NCBI RefSeq assembly: GCF_964204645.1
Contig: NC_134029.1
Location: forward strand, 14,286,850-14,350,849
From: Tubulanus polymorphus
Lineage: Eukaryota > Animalia > Nemertea
Length of the DNA: 64,000 nt
Direction of reading: 5' to 3'
In this document: positions 28,711 through 41,942 of the stretch, piece by piece
Position numbering within the stretch: the first letter of the stretch is position 1
How the letters are laid out: every line of letters starts with the position of its first letter
Translations under genes and position numbers: made by a program
Notes under the pieces: model-generated
Databases searched by the model: none
The model's input: only the letters and a program-made list of their open reading frames with translations
What the model was told of the DNA's origin: nothing

Positions 28711-30209
28711 GGGTGATTGGTTTCTGATTGCCGATTATCTTCGGTCACGCCACCGGGTGCCTACCTTCAGCAAAACCTACATTTTTAGGCCAGCCGTAGG
28801 CTGAGCCTATTACTATACAAATGGAGCGAATTTAAATGACATGGTTTCCACACAAAAGGCTCTTTTGCTTGCCAAGTGAGGGCATATTCGAACAAATCAC
28901 GTATTTAAGCGTAATCCATTCTCGGAATCGTAGCGAGCAGAATTTTGAAATAGGGTCTCATAAAAATGTTTTCTGCATTTTTCACGAAAGTTAAATCGGG
29001 AAAATTTCAATTTTTATCAGCCAATCAGGAAGTTGTGTCTTCCCTGTGATTGGTTTATCTGAAAATATCAGCAGCTGTTCACGTGAATTATCGCGATTTC
29101 ATTACTGGCGCTTTTGCGCATGACGTCATGTATCAACACGCGACAATACTTCCGCGTTCGCTACGTGTTCGCTGATTGGCCCATTTACTGGGAAATTCCA
29201 CAGAAGCCTAATGTGGTTTGTTACAAGCGCTGTGACTGGCATTGCTTTAGCTTAGTGGGTTCGAATCCCTTGACGGGTGAAGATGATGGATCCTATCAAT
29301 ATCTATTGAAACAAATAAGTTTCCCGGTTGGGCAGCCGCGGATATCTACCGGAAGTGTTCCGGTTCGATATTTCGAGGTTTCGAGGAATTTTGGAGTGAT
29401 ATTGAAATCCGGTAAATACCAGCGGTAGATTGTGAAAACCCATTGCATGATATTTGTATTACTTAATCTACGAAAAGCGTCGGGGCCGCGCCAGGAGTTT
29501 TCGTGATTCAAGTAGCGCAATAGCCTACTTCTTCGTGTTCGTCCACCTCAATTTTCATTCCGCCGATCTCTGACACGGCTCTGTCCCCGTCGGCGCTGTG
29601 ATTGCACTTTCGTACCACCAACATTTTTTATTTCTATATCAAGGAGGTCTGGAGAATAAAAAAGTCAAAATTTGGATATCACATAGGCCTGATTTCATCG
29701 AATAAGTCGACCATGGTCGTTACGTTTCCGTACTTATTACCACCTAAAACCGTCTGAACAATTTTGTCACAACCAACATTTCGTTTACAGATATCAGGGT
29801 TCACGTGAACCCGCGGTCGTCTACTGTTTTACTTCCGGGTTTTATTTTAAGATTTAAAATTGTATTTCAAGATCGATTTCTATGAAATCTTTAGTTGATT
29901 TGGTGTTTGGGAGGAATTTTTATTTGCTCTACAGAAAATTCATCCTTGACAATTGCGCATGGTTCGCGAAAAAAATGGTTTTACCAAATCGGGTGTATGA
30001 CCTTGATATGCTAATTAGCCATGTGCCCGAATTGCAAATTCAATCAAATTTTATTCTGCCAAAAAATGTTAAATAGAATTCGCTTTCCGAGAGTTAATGG
30101 TACGCTGCATGGAACAAAGTTGTTGTGAGATGGGTCTTGAAGCTATTGAGGTCGAGAGATAACCATCTAGATAGTTCGTGAGAGTTCCAAAGTTTTGAAG
30201 AGGCTTCAA

Positions 30210-31154
30210 GGTAATGTCTTGATATTTGGTTTATACGTGTATCTACCCTAGACACATCTTCAGGCCAAAAACTGGCCCTGTCAGATTCAAGATGGCCGAC
30301 TGGCAGCCATTGTTGTTCGCCAAAATCAGCACTTTTTACACATTTTTGAAGTTTTCGAGGGAAATTTTGAAGACACTTTCATCAATAACCTTGATCATTC
30401 GTATATATTTGTTTCCCCCGAGGGCCCATCGGCATGAGAAAAATTGGGTCGATCGGACTCAAGATGGCCGTCCTGTGACCTTTTTTGTTCCCAAAAATGT
30501 CAATTTTGGCCTGAATTCTGAGTACTGTAGCTTTCTAATGGTGTGCCATGTTTCATTGCAATTTGTAATGGGTATTCTTTGGAAAGGGATCTTTTATATC
30601 CGAGAGGGTATTTTTGACCAGGCAATTATGACGCACTTGGCGGCCATCTTGGAGTCATCAGTACTCATTCGTAGGTGGAAAAAAGTTTTTCCACATCATA
30701 ATTGATACTTAAGCATATTTTGCAACTATAATCAATTGGAAAGTTGTAGCTCATGTTCTATGATCGAGGTGAGTTTCAAGCTCATTGGTTTTTGTTTATG
30801 GCCACCAGGAGGCGTTGAACAATACAATAACTTAGTATTTCTATATTACATTCGTACCTTTGCATATTTTGCTACGACAATCAATTGAAAAGTTGTAGCT
30901 CATGACATGGTCTATGATCTTGGTGAGTTTCAAGCTCATTAGTTTTTGTATATGGCCACCAGGGGCGTTGAACAATACAATAACTTAGTATTTCTATATT
31001 ACATTCATTCCTGCTGTCTGTGTTAACACACGATTTTACTATGTAAATGATATTGAGCAGGGAGTGTATATTGATAAATATAACCCACAGATTACATCAT
31101 TTATAAAAAGCAAATCTGACAGGCTGGCCATTGTGCCCCTTGGGGCTCTTGTTT
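30210..31154 (+). mobile_element. HINE/Helentron-like repeat, same family as 1-826 and 1620-2798
   Basis: Direct homology to those copies; YY1-like CAAGATGGCC repeats; ~150-bp units; 3' stem-loop GCCCC-TT-GGGGC-TCTTGTT. Confidence 0.55.
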
Positions 31155-32785
31155 ACAATGTAGAACTTGGGAACACATTTTAGCTATTAAAGCCGTTCGT
31201 AAAACATATCAGATAAGTGCATATATAATATCATGTAAGATCTATTGTCGTATCAAAGATAAAACAAACAAGGCTTTCACTTTGTAATCAACACTCCCAA
31301 AGCATGTTTTTTTCGCAAAAATGAATTCCTTTTCTATACATGTATTTGATCACGGCGAATCTTCGCTCGAATAGATCTTCGATATTTGGGGTGATTTTCT
31401 TTGGCTACGGACCACGCCGAACACAGGTGCCCTCGCAATACCTATGTTTTTTACAATGTAGAATTCTATATGAGTTGGGGAGGGCACTCGCCTCTATTTA
31501 TTCATTAAAACTTAAGACTGGCTGTGCGCTTCACCAAGTTTCGACTTTGACATATTATCAAGGGTATATCGTAGGACTCTTGATGCTCGTGAATCATCAT
31601 CCTATATAATAGACGTCCCTTTGATAAACGCGTATATGTGGATTCATTAAAGTGTCTTTTTAACCGAATCTGACTTACTGACAAAGTCAGAAAAAAATGA
31701 CGTCAGAGTACGTCCGGTTTGAAGTTCATGGGGAAATCGGAAGTAGAATTACGTCACGCTAAAATCCGGCAGCGAAGTAACTAAAATCCGGCAACTTTTG
31801 GATCGGGTGATTTCAGAATGTATTTATTTCGTGAAATTTCGACCAAGATTGGATCGTTGAATCGTTTAACAATGAACCGCGTTGATCGATCCTATTCCAG
31901 AGCGATTTCATAAAAAAAAACGCGGCCGGTCCGGCATCGCGCACGGGTTCGAATCCCGGAGAATTACGCTCTAGCGCCCAAGTACCAGCAGTCAACCCCA
32001 GCCACAGCACTGAAATATTTAATTATTTTATCAAATTAAATGACTCTAAAACAGCGATGAGAGTTGCGTTAGACTGAGTCGTACGATTTGCTTAAAATTT
32101 CACGGCAGCGCGGTGGATCGCCGATCGGTCTCGCTCGAGCAGCAGCCCCAACATCGCGGTCGGCAACAACATTTAGTCTCCGCCCCTTCTTTCACCAAAT
32201 AAGGAATTTGGTACCGCTAGCCACGTGCACTGCTTATTTACTTGAGCCGTAGATTCCCGGTACTCGACATTACCGGAGGATTAGAAACAAATTAATATTT
32301 TTCGTAAGAGAAATCAATTTTTGTATTGACATTTGAATTTTTCTGCTGATAATTAATTAATTCGATTCTTTCTGGGAGAAAATAATTTTCCGATTGATGC
32401 GTTTTAACGCGTCTTCCATTTTTCTCCGTAATTAAAAAATTCGTAGTTATCTTATTGTCCTTTTGTTTTCGAATGGTGCTAATTTCTAAATTAACAACCA
32501 GGTCAAAATTCTTCAATCTTGCAAAAAACGAGTCTCAGTCTGACTTCGTCTTCACTTCGAAATGTCGGTTACAGTGGTTTTGCAAAGTGGTTTAAACCAT
32601 CGAATAATTCTAGATACACTAATCTAAATTGAAAAACAGTGCAACGGGTAAGCCAAATTAATATTAATAAATAATTCATTTGGAAATTAGGTCAAGTCTT
32701 TTTTTCTGGCAGAAAATTGAATTTCATTATCTTAAAAGCCCAAATTTTCTATAACCAGAAATGAATCAAACCTAAGATTTGCAGT

Positions 32786-33248
32786 AGTAATAGGGGTAAT
32801 GGGCTTTCAAGCCAAAGGTCGAACGGTCGAGCTCATTAAAAAACAAAACATTAAAAGTAATTTAAAACTATAATATATTTTCATAACCGTGTGTATTCTA
32901 TATTATAACTAAATATTTATTCTAAGATATCAATAATTTAAAAAGCATATTGTATTAGATCAATTGGTCGCTCCACTTCGCTGCCGCTCCGCTCCGCGAC
33001 CAATTGATTTATTTACAATACACAAATTCATATAATCAAATATATTTTAATAATAATTATTATTATATTATTAAACTGAAATACACACGGTTATGAAAAT
33101 ATATTATAGTTTTAAATTACTTTTAATATTTGTTTTTAATGAACTCGACCATTCAACTATTAACCTGAAAGCCCATTACCCCTATTACTCTTAAAATAAT
33201 CATATATATGAATAACATTTAAATTGACAGATTATTCAATATAAAAGT
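32786..33248. repeat. Left TIR of Maverick 1; 32786-33189 is itself an imperfect palindrome
   Basis: Inverted copy at 49226-49633; internal arms AGTAATAGGGGTAATGGGCTTTCA...TGAAAGCCCATTACCCCTATTACT. Confidence 0.95.
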
Positions 33249-33395
33249 ATATATTTACAACATTATTTCAATATTCATATTTGTGTGAGTTAGATTTTTA
33301 AACATTAAAAGTGTTAGTAAAGTGTGATTGAAATAATACATGATATAAATCATTGAACTTCTAAAATCAATTAAAAAAAAAAATTTAGTATTAAA

Positions 33396-36300
33396 ATGGA
33401 AGCAAATAAGTACTACTGTCCAACATGTAATATCAATATAGATAAATCCCAAAAAGCAAGACACATTAAAACTAAAACACATTTAGAGAATAAATTGAAA
33501 TTAGAATATGAAGATGATATATTAGAAACTAAATTAGATGAATTAAAGAATGAAAAAGAAACATACAAATGTGATACATGTAATCAATCATTCAGTGATA
33601 AAAGATATTATAATGAACATTTAAAATCTAAAAGTCATATTAGAAATAAGAATAATGATATTTTAGGTGAAGATTATTTTGATAAAGATAGTGATAAGAA
33701 ACAGAAGACAATTAAAAGCATAAAAAATAAATTAAACAATAAAAGACCATACATGGAAGATAAGAAATTATATTAATTCATTAGATAATAAAAAAGATAT
33801 AGAGATAACCGAAGCATTTAAAAGTGATATTGGTCCAGCAGCTATCGAGTTTAGATTTCATAAAGGAAAAACTTTAGAAGAAAATAAAAAACATTTAGAA
33901 AATATGAAAGAAATAATAAAAATAATAACTGATGTTGAATACCGTAAAATAAGTATTTCATCAAAAGTTAAATTCATAAAATCTGAAGATAAACCAATAT
34001 ATAATATAAATTCTCATTCACAACATATTATTTCAAAACAACATATAGATGATAAATTAGATAAATGTTATAATGAAGTAAAAACTAAAATAGAAGAGAA
34101 ATATTTTGAAGGGTCTGGTTTAATATTTGATGAGATAATATTTATGAATTTACATGTTTATAACACAAAATATAATAAGTTAACTAAATCAAAACCAATT
34201 GATGAAAATAATGTATCATATTATAAAGAACCAGATATTGAAGCATCAAGTTATATTAAACTACCATTTAAAACTAATGCTGTAATAAATGTACAAAATG
34301 TAGATGATAAATGTTTTCTATGGGCTATAATAAGTTGTTTACACCCAGTTGAAGATTATAAACAACATAGTTTTAGATTAACTCATTATAAACAATTTGA
34401 AAATAATTATAAGATAGATAAGTATCCTGTTAGAATTAAAAACGTCCCAAAGATAGAAAGAGATAATAATTTAAGAATAAATGTATTTGATTTAATCAAA
34501 TTACCAAATACAAAAGGTAACAATATAAAACATTATACATTAGAACCTTTATATCTATCAAAAGATTATGATTCAAACGATGTTATAGATATACTATATG
34601 ATGAGAATCATTATATGTGGATTAAACAAATCGATTTATTTTTTAAATCAGAAAATGATCACCATAAAATATATCTTTGTAGAAAATGTTTACATACATT
34701 CAGTAATGAAAGTACATTATTAAATCATAAACAATTATGTGAAAATCATGATTATTGTAAATTAGTTTTACCAAATGAAAAAGATAAAATATTAGAATTC
34801 AAAAAATATGATTAGAAAAATAAAGTTTCATTTGTTATATATGGAGATTTTGAATCATTAAATAAAGAACTAACTGATCAAGATAGAAAAGAAATATATT
34901 ATAAAAGAAAGAAATTAAATTCTAATGAAAATGATTTTTCAGATGAACCACCAAAAACAAATACTATTTAAAAGATTCATCAATCAGCTGCAGCTTTCGG
35001 GTTATATATTAAATCTGATTATCCAGAACTAATTGAAAGTGAATGTTATGATTATAGAAATGAAAATGTTATCAATCATTTTTGTGACTTATTAATTGAA
35101 TATGAAATAAGATTTAGTAAATTATTGAATACAAATATAGAAATTATAATGACAGAAGAAGATAAAGAAGAATTTGCGTTTGCAGATAAATGTTATTATT
35201 GTGAAAAGATATTTAATTTTAAAGATAAAAAAGTAAGAGACCATGATCATTTGAACGGAAAGTTTAGAGGCGCTGCACATGAGAATTGTAACTTACAAGC
35301 TAAGAAAATTAATTTTGTACCAGTTATATTTCATAATCTATCAGGATATGATGCACATTTATTCATCAAACAGTTATGTCATAAAATAGAAGAAATTAAT
35401 AATGAAATAGAAAGATTAAATTCAAATAGATCAAAAGATAAAATACCAACTTATAAATTTAGAATGTTAGCTAAAACATCTGAGAATTATATATCATTCC
35501 AATTTGGTTGCCTAAGATTTATAGATTCATATAGATTTTTAAATAGTTCATTAGATAACTTATCAAAATCATTAGTTGATGATGAATTAAAGATATTAAA
35601 ACAACACTATCCAAATAATGATGATTTTAAATTAATGAGATATAAAGGAGCAATTCCATATTCATTTTATAAATCACATAATGACTTTAATATAACTGAA
35701 TTATTGAAAGAACAATTCTATGATGAATTAAAAAATGAATATGTTAAAGATGAAGTCTATAATAGAACATTGAATATTTGGAATCATTTCAAAATAGAAA
35801 ATCATGGGCAATTAGTAGATTTATATCTAAAATCAGATGTATTATTATTAACCGATATATTCGAAAGGTTTAGAGATGTAAACCTAAAATATTTCAATAT
35901 TGATCCTTGTCATTGTTATTCTAGTCCAGGTTTAACATGGGATTGTGGTTTAAAATTTACAGATATAAAAATGGATTTGTTAACAAATATAGATCAATTA
36001 TTATTATTTGAAAAATCTATTAGAGGAGGAGTTTCAGGTGTATTAGGCGATAGATATTTCAATGTAAAGGATAACCCTGGATATAAGTTATTATATATAG
36101 ATGCAAATAATTTGTATGGATGGGCAATGATGGAACCACAAGCTTATGGAGTATTTGAATTAACTGAAGTTTTACAGAATGAAAATAATGATAAATTTGA
36201 TTGGAAGAAAAGAATTCTAGATATTGCAGATGATTCAGATACTGGTTACTTCTTTGTTGTAGATTTAGAATATCCTGAAGATAAAAAATTTAAATCTAGA

Positions 36301-37434
36301 AATCTAGCATACTGTCCCGAACATAAAACTGTAACTCATGAAGAATTATCAAATTATCAAAAAAGAATTGAACCTGAAAATCATATTCATACAGAAAAGT
36401 TAATGGTAACTCAAGAAGATAAATTTAATTATGTAGAACATTATAGAATGTTAAAGTTGTATTTGAATCAAGGAATGATTATAAAAAAAGTACAAAGATA
36501 TATTTCATTCAGCCAATCTAAGTGGTTAGAAAAATATATAGATTTTAACACCAAACAGAGAACTGAAGCTAAAACTGATTTCGAAAAAGATTTCTTCAAG
36601 TTCATGAATAATGCATTCTATGGTAAGACTTGTGAAAATATTAGAAATAGAAATGATATTGAGTTAGTTAGTAATGGTAAAAGGATAAGGCATTTACAAT
36701 CATATCCTAAGTTCATTGGTAACAGAATATTTGATGAAAATTTAGCTGCAGTTAAGATGAGAAGAACATCAATGAAATTTAATAAACCAATCTATGTTGG
36801 CGCTTCAGTTTTAGAATTATCAAAATTACTAATGTATGAATTCTATTATAATGTATAACAACCACTTTTTGGAGAAAAACATATAGAAATATTATATTTT
36901 GATACTGACAGTTACATATTTAAGATAAAAACTGATAACATAACAGATGATTTAAAAACATTAAAACATCATTTTGATTTTAGTAATTATCCTTAAGATC
37001 ATGAATTGTTTAGCAATGATAATAAAAAAGTTCCTGGTAAATTCAAAGATGAATTAGGTGGTGAAGAAATGATAGAGTTCATAGGTATTAGATCTAAAAT
37101 GTATTCATATAAAACTAAAGAACATGAAGCTAAAAAAATAAAAGGAATAACCAAAAGTGTAGTAGAAAAGAATATTCATTTCAAAGATTACATCAATTGT
37201 ATATTCAATGAAGAAGTTAGAAAACATAAGATGAGATGTTTAAGATCTGAAGATCATGAAATGTTTATTGAAGAAATTGAAAAGATAAGTCTAAACCCAT
37301 TTGATGATAAAAGATATATTCTGGATGATGGAATTCATACAGTTGCTTATGGTTGCAATTTAGATGAATACTTAAAATTTAAAAGAGAGGAAACAAAAGA
37401 GAACGAGATAATGAAAAGAGTTCTAACGTGTTAA
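33396..37434 (+). pseudogene. polB: Protein-primed family B DNA polymerase (N-terminal C2H2 fingers, OTU-like Cys/His region, endonuclease VII-like insert)
   Basis: ExoI IYGDFES; FHNLSGYD; motif A YIDANNLYG; motif B KFMNNAFYGK; motif C YFDTDS (~36895); DHDHLNGKFRGAAHENCN. One frameshift (~33770) and in-frame stops at 34813, 36856, ~36994. Confidence 0.93.
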
Positions 37435-37463
37435 TCAAATTTTAATAAAAATATGTTATTAAA

Positions 37464-37817
37464 ATGGAGAGTAAACAAACACACAGTGAGAACAACAAAT
37501 TATTTCTAGATAGAATAAAAGATATCACAAATGTAAAATCTGTAGATTATAAATTCAAAAAGTTAACAGAATTAACAATTCATAAGAAATATCTAATTAC
37601 AAATATTGATACAGTTACTAATAACTATGGAGATAAATTAGTTATACACTTAGAATATGAAGGATTAAAAGGAAATACACATAAATTCAGAACATATTTA
37701 CCGGATAGATTTCATAGATTATCAAGTGAAGATCTAGAAGAATTATGTTCTGGTGATTTCTATTTCGTATACAAAGGTAAGAATGAAAAAGGGCATCATG
37801 AAATAGATTTCGAATAA
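37464..37817 (+). CDS. Small Maverick protein (117 aa), possibly an OB-fold/ssDNA-binding protein
   Basis: Intact ORF after polB; beta-rich TNNYGDKLVIHL...TYLPDRF pattern; function is a guess. Confidence 0.5.
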   Translation: MESKQTHSENNKLFLDRIKDITNVKSVDYKFKKLTELTIHKKYLITNIDTVTNNYGDKLVIHLEYEGLKGNTHKFRTYLPDRFHRLSSEDLEELCSGDFYFVYKGKNEKGHHEIDFE

Positions 37818-37834
37818 GAAAATATGTAAAATAA

Positions 37835-38588
37835 ATGGTAGAAATAAAAGAATACAGAATATTTGTTGATTCTAGAAAACTTACAAATTATAAATCTCAT
37901 AATTTACTAGTACAATTAGATAGAGAATATAAAAATTGTGTAGATTTAAAATTAGTAAATATAAGTTTATGTAATTCTTTTTATAATATAACGGATAAAA
38001 CTATTGAAGATAATACTTTTTTAATTCATATTGGAAATATAGATAAATGGTTTCATATAATTTTAAAACCAGGATTATATAATTTAGAAACATTAACTCA
38101 AGAAATTAATCGAAGAGCACGGTTGAAAATTAGAAGAGATGATAAATTTTTAATTAGATTTATAAAAAGTGATAGCACAAATAAAATTAAAATAAAGGTA
38201 TATGATGAAAGTCAACATGCATTTATGGTAAAAAAACCATTAGCTAAACTGTTAGGAATTGCACCAGATACTGTTACAGGAAACATAGATGGTAATTCAA
38301 ATACCTTTTACACACTTTTATATTTATTGCAATTTAATTGATCCTACAAAAACATTCGAAGCAACTAAAGATACAATTTGTAATTCTAGTATATTAAATA
38401 TTTTACCATTAAAGAATGTTAAACAATTTGGAACTCAAATAAATTATAATTTAACTGAATGTGATTTTAAACCTTGTATTCCTCAATTTAATAATTTTAA
38501 ATTAGAAATAAGAAATCATAATGGATACTTAATTGATTTGAATAACTTTCCTGTAATTTATGAATTAGTTATAAGATGTAGAGAGTAA
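37835..38588 (+). pseudogene. Minor capsid (penton, single jelly-roll) protein, frameshifted near 38290
   Basis: LKPGLYN; FYIYCNLIDP; SILNILPL; FKLEIRNHNGYLIDLNN.PV.YEL, typical of Maverick minor capsid proteins. Confidence 0.75.
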
Positions 38589-38604
38589 TTTTTTCATTAT
38601 ATAA

Positions 38605-38961
38605 ATGAATATAACTGTTGGGCCGAGCATATGTTTTGGATTTGATTTTAAACGTGAGAAAGAAATGAAATTTAACGTTAATGATGTAATTACACATAAC
38701 AAAAATATTGCATTTTCTAATGAAACAACATTTGAGTATGAAACAACAAAAGATAAAGAAACTTTAAATGTAGAAAAGATTACTAATTTAATTAGAGAAT
38801 CTTTAAGATTTAATGAATTAGATGAAGATTTTATCATCGATGATATTAAAAGAATAATAATTGAAATATATACAAATGAAACTAGTAATGAAATAAATAT
38901 CGAATTAATCATAAATAAGTTAACTAAATATTTTGATGATAGTAATTTTTTTGATAAATAA
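38605..38961 (+). CDS. Hypothetical Maverick protein (118 aa)
   Basis: Intact ORF with TAAATG start in the gene array. Confidence 0.6.
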   Translation: MNITVGPSICFGFDFKREKEMKFNVNDVITHNKNIAFSNETTFEYETTKDKETLNVEKITNLIRESLRFNELDEDFIIDDIKRIIIEIYTNETSNEINIELIINKLTKYFDDSNFFDK

Positions 38962-39697
38962 ATGAGTGATAATAAGTGGATAATAACTGCTGGATTATAT
39001 AATGGCGCATTACTATCAGTCGGAACTGTTGGTTATTCAATGGTATTAAAAAAAGTATTTAAAATGGGAAGTGTTAATGTTGATAGATTTGATATAAATG
39101 ATATTTTAAAATTAACATTTGCAGTTACTTTATCTAATTTAACTATCAGTGTTGCCACTTCTCCGGATTTCTCCGGAATTCCGGATTTAAAAAAAATCCA
39201 ATTTCATTTCCGGATTTTCGGGAGAAGTCAAATAACCACAAAAGAAAACTTCGCGAAAAAAATAAAATCAATTCGGGATTCGACCCTAAACATCAAAACG
39301 TGACGGCTCCGTAGTGGGTTTGAAAAAGCCGTATTGTGCTGCCGCGTAGTGGCAACAACCCCGCAGTACACGATTAAACCATAGAACATAGTTCTATGAT
39401 TAAACCAAGATGACGCGACGATCGAAATCGACTGACGCTTCGTTTGTTTTTTGGCTCTCTGGTTTATATATGCGGTGCCAATCGCTATTTGAAAAAAAGA
39501 TCTATAGGCGGTAATGAAAGTGAGGCCTATAACGCGTATTGCGCCAGAACGCATCTCCTGGCGTTCTAATTTCAAAAATTTTTTTGGGGGAGGGCCCTCA
39601 GACCCCCGACTTATTTTCCGGATTTTTAGCTTCACATAAGTGGCAACTCTGAACTATTGATTATTTAGAAAAACAAAAATATATTCCTCCCATATAA
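38962..39697 (+). pseudogene. Small hydrophobic Maverick protein disrupted by a DNA transposon
   Basis: Removing 39147-39657 restores ...LSNLTIDYLEKQKYIPPI*. Confidence 0.7.
39147..39651. mobile_element. Non-autonomous DNA transposon (hAT-like TIR), 505 bp
   Basis: TIR CAGTGTTGCCACTT...AAGTGGCAACTCTG; 6-bp TSD AACTAT (39141-39146, 39652-39657); GC content jumps against the AT-rich Maverick. Confidence 0.85.
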
Positions 39698-39721
39698 ATG
39701 CGTAATTATTTTACTAAATAA

Positions 39722-40137
39722 ATGGCTTCTGCAATTATAACTATTATAGGATCGGCAATTGTTTAGCATTTACTGGTGGTGGTTATTTATTTAAGCATAT
39801 TGATAAAAATGGTTCATTAACTGAACAAAAAAGACATAACTTAGCATTAGAGAAATACAATAAAGCAGCAGAAGAATATAGAGAAAAAAGACAAAACTAT
39901 ATGGATTACATCAATAAAGAATTATATGATCAGAAGATTTCACATAGAGATTTTCAATCAGTTGATGATGCAATGAGTTAATATAACGCAGTAACAAATA
40001 AAGAAAAATTACATCTACATAAACCTACAATATCAGATTATTATACCCCAAGTAAAGAACAACAGAAATATGAAATAATATGGATTTTAGGTGGAACAGT
40101 TATTGTTATATTTGTAGCATATAAATTTACTAATTAG
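39722..40137 (+). pseudogene. Maverick protein with hydrophobic termini and central coiled coil (not in ORF track; disrupted)
   Basis: MASAIITIIGSAIV / AFTGGGYLFKHIDKNGSLTEQKRHNLALEKYNKA...WILGGTVIVIFVAYKF. Confidence 0.6.
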
Positions 40138-40151
40138 TTTTTTCTAAATAA

Positions 40152-40586
40152 ATGGAAGATAAAGTTGATAGTATTGATATTATTCCTCATGATATCAGTA
40201 AAACTAAATTAAAAATATATTTAGAAATACAAATATTAGAATTTGAAAGTGACTTAACGATAAAAAAGAAAAAATATTTAAAAAGTAAAATTATATATTA
40301 TTTGATTATAAGTGGTTCGATTACAATTAGTTCTGTAATAACATTTCTAGCAATATTCAGTCCATTAACACCTTTAGCTATATCAATTGGTGTATTAGGA
40401 TTAAGTTCAAGTGTTTTAACCGGTATAAGTTCAGAATTAAATATAAAAAGTAATTAAGAAAAAATTAAAACTAATATAAAAGAAATTAATAAATTGAAAA
40501 ATACACTAGATTATATAATAAGTTTAAATGGTCATATAACAGTTGAAGAACAAGATAAATTATTAAAAGAATTAATAAATTATTAA
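40152..40586 (+). pseudogene. Two-TM membrane protein with a premature stop at 40455
   Basis: Two hydrophobic segments; frame continues past TAA to 40586. Confidence 0.55.
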
Positions 40587-40602
40587 TTTTTTAATTATAT
40601 AA

Positions 40603-41927
40603 ATGGCAGATAGTTTTCCAAAAGCCTTCCAATATAATAAATCAATTAAATATAATATTCCTGCAATAGATTTTAATAAAGATATAACATATAGAAATGA
40701 AGTTTTAAATTCATTAATTGATTTATATATTTATGTTACTGAAAGTAATAATTTTCATGTAAAGATGGAAAATATATTTCATGTATATACAATTAATTTC
40801 AAAAATTTAAATGAGGCAAAACAATGGTTATTAAAATCTAATATGAAGTATTGGCAGAACCAATTGAATTTTGCTGTTTATTGCGCAACAACAGGATGTG
40901 GAATTAGTTGGAATGATCATTGAACAAACCAAGTTTACCATTGATGTTATCACTTTTTAGATTTCATACATATTTTCAAATAAGATTAATATTAGATGAA
41001 TTAGAATGTCCTTTACCAGGTTCAGAATATTTTAAAGAATTGAATAATAATATTAATTTTTCTAAGTTTTATAAAATATGTAATGAATTTAATATTAATT
41101 CAAATAAAGATTTTAGAGCAAAAATTGGAACAATGGGTGGATTAGGAATATTATATACTAAAGAATTTGGAAAAATAATGACAAATTCAGATATAAGAAC
41201 ACTAAATTGGAATGAATTACCAAAATATTATAATAATATACAACAACAAAACAATAATGGTTGGGTTAATTTCATTTTAGAAAATAGTGAAGGTTTTACT
41301 AAAGCTGGTATACAAAGAATAAATCAATCTATTAGAACTTATTTGATATGTATTTTAGGTGCGCAAGTTGAAACAAGATCACCAATAATTGGAAATGATA
41401 ACACTTCATTCGATGCGCAGAAACAATTCAAAGTATTATTTGAAGATTCAATTCATAATGATAAAAATAGATCGATTCCGGAAAACATTGTAAGATATCA
41501 AAATTATTTAGATAAATCACATGTAAGACTAAATTATTGTATAGGCCCCAATCTATTAATTATTTCTAATGATTTAGTATTAAAGATGGGAAACATAATT
41601 GGTTATAATAATCTAATTAAAACTGCAACAATAAATAATTCATTTGGATTAAATGATATAAATAAAAAGATTATTACTGCTCCAAAATTAATGGAAGGTG
41701 AAAAAAATAAAAAACATATTCAATCAACAGAAACTAAAACTAAGAATGTTAAATTAAATAATGATTCTAAAATAAAAGATTACAATACATCAGAAAATAT
41801 AAAAACTGATAATATTCAACATGATATAATTAAACTGAATGATGATAATAAATCCCATGAAAATACTAAATTAGCTATAACTTGTATAGGAATTGTAATC
41901 GGAGGAATATTATATTTTAAATTTTAA
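40603..41927 (+). pseudogene. Conserved Maverick protein with C-terminal TM anchor, frameshift at ~40920
   Basis: YWQNQLNFAVYCATTGCGIS; C-terminal LAITCIGIVIGGILYFKF; homolog at 63729-64000 (-). Confidence 0.7.
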
Positions 41928-41942
41928 TTTTTTATTATATAA

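Noticed and set aside
30226-30705. 159-aa ORF
   Set aside because: Lies in the HINE repeat and is not kept open in the homologous copies at 1-330 and 1730-2798
31921-32010. GGGTTCGAATCCC T-arm/B-box suggesting a tRNA (also at ~27495, ~27532, ~29257)
   Set aside because: No cloverleaf or acceptor stem can be built; at most degenerate SINE-like remnants
32783-32788. Canonical AGTAGT Maverick terminus with a 6-bp TSD
   Set aside because: The first AGT belongs to the GCAGT duplication; the right end and copy 2 both define the terminus as AGTAAT. A 6-bp TGCAGT reading would require removing the terminal T
33760-37000. Programmed frameshift or stop readthrough (alternative genetic code) in polB
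   Set aside because: Stops are mixed TAA/TAG and accompanied by frameshifts across many copy 1 genes, while copy 2 homologs of INT and ATPase are intact; simple decay explains it
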